A DNA stretch of 64,000 nucleotides from Octopus vulgaris. Taxonomy: Eukaryota. The notes under the pieces were generated by a model. It was not told the origin of the DNA, searched no databases, and worked only from the letters and a program-made list of their open reading frames with translations. Of this stretch, positions 54,333 through 64,000 are shown one piece after another (the stretch's first letter is position 1; the number at the start of each line of letters is the position of its first letter). The DNA is taken from contig OX597832.1 in NCBI GenBank assembly GCA_951406725.2, positions 64,604,001-64,668,000 on the forward strand. Direction: 5' to 3'. The translations under genes were made by a program, and so were the position numbers.

Positions 54333-56264
54333 TATATGTTTATGTATAATTCTATGATGTCTTGTAGTTTCTGTAAAAGTTATATATGTGTATGTATACA
54401 AACACAACACTGTACATACATAATATCTGTGTGCGTGGGTGTGTGTTTACGTAGGGAAAAGTGGAGAATTATGATATTGTTTGAATGTGCAAAGAAGGGG
54501 ATGTGTTTGGTGTTTCCAGAGAAAAAGCTTTAAAGTAATGGTAGCACTGCTACCAATAACGGTAGCACCGGAGGAGGCAGCATCAGTGATGGTATTAGTT
54601 TCGTTTATGATAGAATAATTACAGTGATTCATTGGCGATTAAGTAAAAAAAAAAATGCTCCCTATTATATTTTAATCATATCATTATTTTGACATCGTAC
54701 GCTATCATATCATATCTTTTGACATCAAATTTATTCTAAATGGAAACTTTAAGGGGCGCTTCTGTGTATCTCTTCTCCGCGCCTTTATTTAAGATATCAT
54801 CATGTCTAACTGTTCATTCACAGCCATCTTGAGTCTTCTCTAGAAGTTGGCAGATTTGGCAGCCATGTGATATTTAGATTTGCTGAGGAGGATAATATCA
54901 ATGCGAACATTCCGAGATTTGTCTCATTATCCTTAAAGATCAAACTCGCCCCATGCTTTAATCTACCTGTAATTAACATTTTGCAAGTGTATCACATGTG
55001 AATATCTGAACGTTTGTGTTTTTCTTTTGTGTACGCAAGTAGAGAGGCATATGTTTGTGACATTTACATTCGTAATTAAAAACATGCTTACGTGTGTCTA
55101 GTTTTGTCCTTGAGAGCAGTCGCTGGAGACACAACAATTCAGTTGGAAACTTCACCTGCGTGTGTGTCATAAGAATGACCTGCAAATGTTGCAGCGGAAG
55201 AGTGTTTGTACACTGTTCCTCACTCCCTCTTTTTCTGTCTCTCACGCACGCATATATGTACCTCCATATATATGTATTTGGAGTATAAACACGTATGAGC
55301 ATATATATATATATATATATATACGAAAATATATATGCCTGTACACGTAACACACACAGGTATGGTTTATATATATGTAAACCATGTGTGTGTGTATGTG
55401 TATATATACATATATGTATGTATATATATATATATACATATATGTATATACATATATGTATATATATATATATGGGGGGGGGGGCTCCATGTGAGAGATA
55501 GAGATAACATCGAATAGAATTCCATTGCAAACTTTGCAGGTTATTCAAAGGATCATAAGATTGATGTGTGTGCGTATGTATGTGTGTGTGTGTGTGCAGA
55601 GATAGAGATAGAGAGAAAGAAACGAGAGAGATACGATGGCAACAGAAAGAAGGAGATGCTTTTACAAATGAATATATATTGATATCAGTGTATGTTACAG
55701 AAGAGCAAAATATCCGCCCGTGAAACTATGGGACAGGGAAAAAATAATGAAATAAAATGATAAACCCCAGAGATACAAATATCACTAACACATAAATACA
55801 TACAACTAAAAAGATACAATAATAACAATATTGTCAGTAACAAAATAATGCTAAAGAGAACAACAAGAGAAACACAATTGAAACAGGTACAAACAACATT
55901 AATAATAACAAGTAGAAACAGAAGGGAAATGCATATGAAATAACGAAGAGATGAATAAGGACAACAAAATCGAATGTGAAAGTGAAAGAGAGTGGGGTGG
56001 AAATATATTAATAACAACAGCAAATTGCATCAGGAACAACAGAGAGGGAAACAAATTTATGTTGTTTTCAATTTTTCTATGAGTGGGTGTATATGTGTGC
56101 ATAAACATCTGTGTGTGTGTGTGTGCGCGCGTGATGAAATAACGAACAGAAAGGAAGTTTATAGAAATAAATATAAAATAAATAGTGCTAACAATGAAGG
56201 GAAAAATTATTGAAAAGAACGTAGGAATACATTAACCTGTATAAATATAAGAACAACAACGATG

Positions 56265-56337
<73 letters not shown>

Positions 56338-56611
56338 CGAGTGTGATTAGAAGAAATGCTAGGATGCTTCCAATTGTATGTTTCATAATTGGATGAGGTA
56401 AATACTTTAGGGAAAGATAGGGAAAATAATGTGGTTGAAAATGGTGGTGAGGGGGACTAGAGACTTCTAAACGCAATCTTCTTTCACTTCTACTTTGCGA
56501 GCTAATTTACTGTTTTCAGAGCAGCTTTAGAAAATAAATAAAATAAATAAATAATATGATAAAATAAATAATAAATAGATGTTACGGAGATGTACTTGGA
56601 TGGAAATTATA

Positions 56612-56722
<111 letters not shown>

Positions 56723-56908
56723 GCTTCATGCAGTGAGTATTTCATATGAAAATACAGATTTCCTTTGTGGATGTATGCCGAAGCAATTTCCGGCCAAGCT
56801 GCCATATTTTATCAAACCGGAGAAGTGTTAACGAGATAGAAATTTCTTATCCCGCAAACTTTCTAGCTTTCTGAGAATGCCTGAATATTACATCAGGTAT
56901 ATATACAT

Positions 56909-57053
<145 letters not shown>

Positions 57054-57323
57054 TATATACAAACATACATACATACATACATGCATACATACATATATAT
57101 ATTCATATACGTTTATGATTTTGTGTTGCAAGATTCCTGACGTGAAACCGGGAGATGAAACAGATATTGTATTTCCGTATGGTAATTCTTTTTTGTCAAA
57201 TAAATACATGCACTATGTCTTCACTCGTTCATTACTGTCCTTATTGTAACTCATGTCGATTGTCCGGAAATCATCCACATTTTCTGTCCTCGTGTGTGAC
57301 CCTGCTCCGCTTAGTCCAATAGA

Positions 57324-57375
<52 letters not shown>

Positions 57376-58023
57376 TTTTACTCTTTTATTTTTCTGCAGC
57401 CCATGCTGGAACAATTCTACCCCAGAACTTATATATTTTATGTATGTTTTTATTCCATGTATTCTTTTGTTGCAATCAACAGACCACGATACATAAACTT
57501 GCAGAGAGATACTGCACGAACACGCACACACACACACACACACATTAGTACGTATACGGATACACATATTCATAGACATATATATATATATAAATATATA
57601 AATATATATTTACATACATACGCACATATATATAAATATACTTATATGCATACATACACATGTATGTATTATGTGTATATATGTGTATATGCACACGATT
57701 CAAATATGCAGTAGTGAGAGAAAAGTACCCGGTGTGCACAGAGCGTAACATTAATGAACGAATGTCGACGGCACAGGACCAGGTGTTACGTAATCCCTTC
57801 CATTACCTGACAGCAGTTCTTCTATATGAAACAGAAGCACTGAAATCTGAGTTCTGGTATGACAATCTTATAGCTCCTTTGGAACTATTCAAATGCTGTG
57901 TAGTTCTATAGGGTAACGAAATTTAAATGCATAAACATGTTCACGCTTCCTCAACAGAAGCAAGAGTTACTATACTTGTAGTGCTACCTTACTAGTTTTT
58001 GTATTAGTAAGCTCAATATCCTC

Positions 58024-58061
<38 letters not shown>

Positions 58062-58065
<4 letters not shown>

Positions 58066-58262
58066 GGAGAATTCACAAAGAAACAAAAGCCGAAGACAGG
58101 TAGTGTAGACAACAAACAGATGTATTAGTATAACGCTCAGGAAGTGAAAAAGTCTTTAACGTTTCGATCCTACGCTCTTCCACGGAAAGGATCACAGTCA
58201 GAAACAAGGAGAGAAAATAAAGAATGTGTAGTGGCTAGCGATTTATCATGGCAAAGGCCAGA
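58062..58262 (-). mobile_element. Family H2 copy with variant hammerhead motif at 58154-58189
   Basis: Homologous to 13248-13403. Minus strand cttt CCGUGGAA gagc-guag-gauc GAAACGUU aaag. Confidence 0.6.
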
Positions 58263-58275
58263 CACACACACACAC

Positions 58276-58342
<67 letters not shown>

Positions 58343-58364
58343 GTAAATAAAAAAAGAACAAACA

Positions 58365-58605
58365 CGCGAAAAAAAGAAAACAACAACGCGAGGACGAGGT
58401 ACATGTAAAGTATTAGCAGAACAAAAGAAAGATGGTTGAACTTTTCGAGCAAAAGTTCTTCTTCAGAAACACAGGGAAATGCAATACAAAGGGAAGGCAG
58501 AGGGGAAAAATATCACCACCCATTCACAAACAGAATACACACACACATATATATAAGTGTATGCGTGTGTTTGTGAATCGTTGGCGGTTTTTTCCTCCGT
58601 CTTCC
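58365..58605 (-). mobile_element. Family H4 copy with hammerhead motif (58435-58470) and inverted terminal duplication
   Basis: Homologous to 61130-61310. 58492-58531 is inverted at 58568-58605. Minus strand guuu CUGAAGAA gaac-uuuu-gcuc GAAAAGUU caac. Confidence 0.6.
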
Positions 58606-59000
58606 TGCGTATATATTATCTGCTTCTGGAAAAGTAATGAGTATGAAAATATAAAATAATTATGTGATGATAGATAACTGGGTTGGCGTCTGATAGCTTC
58701 AGCTTGTTAAGGACACCAGATTGGTGTTGAATGGGTGTCATAAAACTTTGACTCCAGTTATTATAGTCACAGCAAATGTTTCAGCAGAAGCAAGTACATT
58801 ACAATCGAGTAAATAATAAAAGGTTCTTTACGTCAACTTTGAACATGTCATTCATCCAAGGCAGGCGCTGATCAAAAGAAACGCCATTCAAAATTTATGC
58901 AAGCTTTTACATCCCGACACTCAACCACCAACCCACCGTATATGTGTGTGTGTGAGTGTGTTTGCGTGTGACTTTGTGTGCATGTCTGCATGTATGTATG

Positions 59001-59060
<60 letters not shown>

Positions 59061-59803
59061 TGTCTGTATGTATAAATAAATAAATGTATATATATATATA
59101 TTTATATACATTTCATATATATATCTGCGTATATGTATGCGTGTGAGTGTGTATATATATATATATTATATATACTTATTTATTTTTATATACACACAAC
59201 ACAAACGTGTATATCTTTATATACATGTTTGCCCGCATTTACATACGTGTGTGTGTGGGGGTGTATAAATATATATATATACACACGTATAGATGTGCGT
59301 GTGTGATAGGGAAAAATCTTCCATTATCCATTCCTCAAGTGCCGATATTCTATCTGATATGACATGTGTGATGTTTATATCTCTATGATGTTGTTGTGAT
59401 TAATATCGATTACTTTCCACAGTGACACAGACGAGATGCTCTCTGATTTATTGGGTTGGAAGAATACGACTATTTGTCAAGTGCTATCCATGTCTTCCTG
59501 AAATCCCCGAATATTCAAAGGCTAATGGAGGGCTTTAGACCTCTTTTTCTTTATCGTGGCCTTGTTGCCTATGTTTATTTTTTCTTTTCTATGACTGAAT
59601 CGGTGGCAGAAAGGTAGAAACCATAGAAGTGACGTTCCGAAAATAGTGGATAAAATACAGGAGAGTCGTTCTGGTGTGTGTGAATGTATAAGTGCCTGCT
59701 TTCTGACTGACTGAGCGCTAGTCAGGGCCACATGCTCTTCTGCGCCTCTATGATTGTTTGGTTGGCAATGTGTTTGCAGAGATGAGTACACAAACACGCA
59801 CAC

Positions 59804-59841
<38 letters not shown>

Positions 59842-60699
59842 AACATGCGTGTACACGTATATAGAGATTATAAATATATACACATATACATTAACATATA
59901 TACATATATATATATATATGCACACATATATATATAGACATATATATACCAATACTTTTATGTGTTTGTGCACATGTCTATGTGTGTGTATATATGGCAT
60001 TTATGTATATGTCTGTTGTACGAAGCAGGTTAATCGCTCTGCTGCTTCCCGGAGTTTCTAGGCTTGTAATCTATCTGAGTAAAGTGGACGAGTGTGTGTG
60101 TGTGTGTGTGGGTGTGGGTGTGCGAGAGAGAGAGAGAGAGAGAAATAGATTAAGAGAAAGAAATAAAGGAAGGAAGAATACATGAATGAAGGAAGGAAGG
60201 AAAGAAAAGCCGAACGGAAGAAAGAAAAAGAGATTTAGAAAGACTGACAAACAAAGCGGTATATAGTTATACATATCGACACGTCTACAAGTCATGGTTT
60301 CTTTCTGTAGGTTGTGACGCTTCAAAGTATCGATTGATATTGAGATCAGACACCTTATCGTAATGCATGGGATTTAGTTAATTCCACTAAAGGTCCCAAA
60401 TTGGATTCAAGCGTTGGTTTTAACATCTGTATATGATCAGTCGACCATGCTCAAACGGGTACACACGTTCAGACGAATTTCAACATATTTGCATACTCTC
60501 TTTAGTTCTTTAGTTTTATTTATGCGACTTGGGTCTACCTGAAGATTGGAGTGAAGATCAGTAGGAAAATGGTGAAAGGTATGGGTCAGACTGGAAACCT
60601 CTTGAGTGCGAAGCGAACTTAACAACCAGCACTGCCATTGTTTGGGTTATTTCATGAAATCGATCAAAGCAAACGAAACAAATATTCTGCGCCTAACAT

Positions 60700-60908
60700 C
60701 GGTTTCAGATCTCGGCAGAATGCCAGCAGTTTTACAAGAGTGGGGAAGTCGATGGCATCGATTCCAGTGTTCAATTGGTACTTATTTTATCGACCTCGAA
60801 AGGATGAAAGGCAAAGTTGGCCTCAGCGAAATTTGAACTCAGAACCTGAAGACGGAAGAAATGCCGCTAAGTATCTTGCGCGGCGTCCTAACGCTTCTGC
60901 TGGCTCAC
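60700..60908 (-). mobile_element. SINE family C copy
   Basis: agtcgatggcatcgattccagtgttcaattggtacttattttatcgacctcgaaaggatgaaaggcaaagttggcctcagcgaaatttgaactcagaacc...gaaatgccgctaag. Confidence 0.8.
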
Positions 60909-61049
60909 TGACATTTCTGAGCTAAAAAACTCAGAGAAGTATTGAAATGTAAAGTGAAATAAAAATTCAGGGATATGAGGGACATAAAAGATCGGATATT
61001 ATTATTGATAAAATAAGACAAAATCCTCCGTGTAAAATAAAATCATATC

Positions 61050-61100
<51 letters not shown>

Positions 61101-61129
61101 ATATATATATAATTAATCCCAAAAAGTGA

Positions 61130-61310
61130 AGGAAAAGCACAAGAAAAAACAATATTGCGAGTACGTGGTACAAGCAAAATATTAAGACGCTCAGGGAAGG
61201 AAAGAAAGGTTGTTTTACGTTTCGAGCAAAATTCATCTTCAGAAGCAGGAGACAAAATAAATTCCAAGAGAAAAGGAAGGCAGAGGGAAAAATCGCCAAC
61301 AATCCACATG
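61130..61310 (-). mobile_element. Family H4 copy with hammerhead motif at 61212-61246
   Basis: Minus strand gcuu CUGAAGAU gaau-uuu-gcuc GAAACGUA aaac. Confidence 0.6.
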
Positions 61311-61609
61311 TAGTGAAATTTTGAAATGATATATCTATATATATCGGAGAATTACGAACCACTTGATAGGAGAGACAAAGGTGGTAAGGAAATTCGGAGA
61401 GAAAATTTAGTCAGGATGTTAAAGCTTTACTCTTCTGTTCTTCGCACATTTCTGCTTGATACGAAGTTAATTCTACCATAAATTCCTCTCACGTTTCTTC
61501 AAATAAGAAACGGGAAACTGAATGTAGTAAGGCAAGATGGACGACACACAGACCACTTGATATATGATCAGGTTATATTCTTCATAATGACGCTTAATTG
61601 TAGGATAAC

Positions 61610-61895
61610 GTGGAACTCCATCGGTTACAAAGACAATGGTTCCAGTTGGTCCGATCAACGGAACGGCGTGCTCGTGAAATTAAGACGCAAGTGGCTGAGC
61701 ACTCCACTGGCACGTGTACCCTTAGCAACGTTCTCAATGAGTATCAGTGCCACACAGAATGGGACAAAGCTGGCCCTTTGAAAAAAACAGGTTACATCTC
61801 ATTTTTGTTGGCTAAGTGCCTTGGGGCTACGTGAAGTGAAGGTCACGCGAAAGGGGAAAACGCGCTGGCGGGAATGGAAATCACAACCTTATGAA
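61610..61895 (-). mobile_element. SINE family B copy
   Basis: ggttccagttggtccgatcaacggaacggcgtgctcgtgaaattaagacgcaagtggctgagcactccac...acccttagcaacgttctc is the reverse complement of the family B tail. Confidence 0.72.
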
Positions 61896-62257
61896 TACCC
61901 TATCTTCAAATTTCACGCGTCTTCACAAATTGTAAGATAAACAATCGAACAACAATGAAAATGCGATGAAAGAAAGACGAGTCACAGGAGTGTTTTCTTC
62001 TTCAAACATTCAGTAAGTATGGATATGGTCTGAGACAAATATAGCCTGCAAAAAATAGAAGTTTTTTTTTCTTCTCACATTTGGAAAAAAAGGCAGATTA
62101 AAAAATGTTTAACACAAAAGAAGTAACCACAAAGAAATTAGAAATCGATAATTACTCACCAAATTACATTAACTGCAATTAATTACGTATATATAATTAC
62201 TATATACAATATATCGGATTGCGTGTGTGAATACGTATGTATGACTACGTATAAGAA

Positions 62258-62301
<44 letters not shown>

Positions 62302-62779
62302 GAACTTAATTCCTACAGTATATTATTTTCCGCAAGTATTACGCAATATATGCGCTGTGTGTGTGTATTTCTTTGCACGTGTCTAAGTATCACTCCAGGT
62401 TTCAATATACACGCTTGTGAGAAGCTGCGTCACTTTCTGTAGATTTCGCTTTTTTGTAGTCCTTTAAAAATTTGATAGATGTATAGAGAATTAAAATATG
62501 CATATATTATCCCTCACCTGTGTTGCTGTTGAAGGATTTCACGTGAATGAGAGAGGTGTAATGTTTTATTTAATCTATCGCATTTCCTTTTTAAATCATA
62601 AGCGCTTTCCCCATCTTTATACATTCTTTATGCCACTAGAAGCCCGCTCCCAAATATCTGCATATTTGCATGTCTTAAAGGGGCTGTAATCTAGTAGGTG
62701 GAAGGGATTAACAAAAGCAAAAAAAAAAAAGACCCCAGCTGATAAAGCTTTTAAAAAGTTACTTTACGACACCCACACG

Positions 62780-62836
<57 letters not shown>

Positions 62837-62883
62837 ATATTTTAGTGTTCTACAATTCAACTGGCTCTGTTTGGTATACAACG

Positions 62884-62968
<85 letters not shown>

Positions 62969-63074
62969 AAAATAATATAAAAGTAATATATAAATAAATA
63001 CATAAAATAACCGAACAGAGTATAAAAGAAGGGGACTTAAATCATTGAGACGCCGATTATTTACGACAAATAAT

Positions 63075-63108
<34 letters not shown>

Positions 63109-63598
63109 GAGGGTGCATGTGTGTGTGATTGTATGTATGCATCTGTATAATGAGCGCGAATAATGTGGGCGTGTTACTGACAGCTTTATATAGATACACA
63201 TACACACAGACACTCATATACATATATACATATATATATTTACATACACTCACAGACATTCATATAAATGCGCGCGCGCGCGTGTTTGTGTGTGTTTAAA
63301 TATATATTCTACTAATATAAAATATTTCCGAGGGTGTAGAGACAGAAACTACAATGCTACTCAGTAAAGGGCGATAGACGATGTGTGTTAGTGATGTTGT
63401 CAGTCTTAAAATCACTGGTTGTCTTTGTTGGTAATCTTTGTTTTTGTGGGATAGGTTGTATATAGTTTATGGTGTTAAAGATTGATACAATAGGCTTAGT
63501 AATGTCATTTGAAATAAAAATGTGCACGACGAACCTTAGCAGCTGCTTAATCCTTTCGTCTTAATCCTCCCCTTAATGCGGCCAACGGCAGTGCGACT

Positions 63599-63629
<31 letters not shown>

Positions 63630-63795
63630 TATATATATAAAGTGTACTTCGTTCGTTCTAGAATTATTGGTTGATCCCATTCAACTTGATGTTGTAAGGT
63701 TGTCGACATCAATTCACATAATTTCTGATTATATATATATATATGTGTGTGAGTATATATGTGTGTGTACACGCTCGCACAAACATATACAAGTG

Positions 63796-63911
<116 letters not shown>

Positions 63912-64000
63912 ATTTATCTATCTATCTGACCTACAGGAATTAAATCAAGTTGGTGAATGACTTGTATATGAACAATATAGATTGCTATGGGTATATAAAA

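Noticed and set aside
55092-55179. Candidate 88-bp minus-strand exon (ttgcag ... gtaagc)
   Set aside because: Splice-like signals occur by chance at this frequency and the peptide is unrecognisable.
57708-57911. Protein-like stretch AVVREKYPVCTERNINERMSTAQDQ as an exon
   Set aside because: It has no convincing polypyrimidine acceptor and no family I can name with confidence; it needs a homology search.

Overview
This is a 64-kb AT-rich, microsatellite-saturated animal genomic window ((AT)n, (AC)n, (ATAC)n, (ATCT)n, (AAT)n). The repeat content looks like an octopus/cephalopod genome; that is my inference from the SINE families and repeat style, not a database result. I cannot confidently call any host protein-coding gene, and almost all short ORFs in the track are microsatellite artefacts. 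The one real long ORF belongs to an apparently intact R4/Dong-clade non-LTR retrotransposon (Myb-like N-terminus, RT, CCHC knuckle, restriction-like endonuclease) inserted in an (AAT)n array (~2893-6713). The rest is a patchwork of at least three tRNA-headed SINE families, a decayed Tc1 transposon, a pogo/Tigger-like MITE and RTE-like LINE relics. The most interesting signal is about ten minimal type-I hammerhead-ribozyme(-like) motifs in six short non-coding repeat families, most with inverted terminal duplications typical of Penelope-like element (PLE) integration. One of them (11633-12060) has a tRNA-derived Pol III head, making it a candidate hammerhead-carrying, PLE-mobilised SINE. All coordinates were read by eye and may be off by a few bases.
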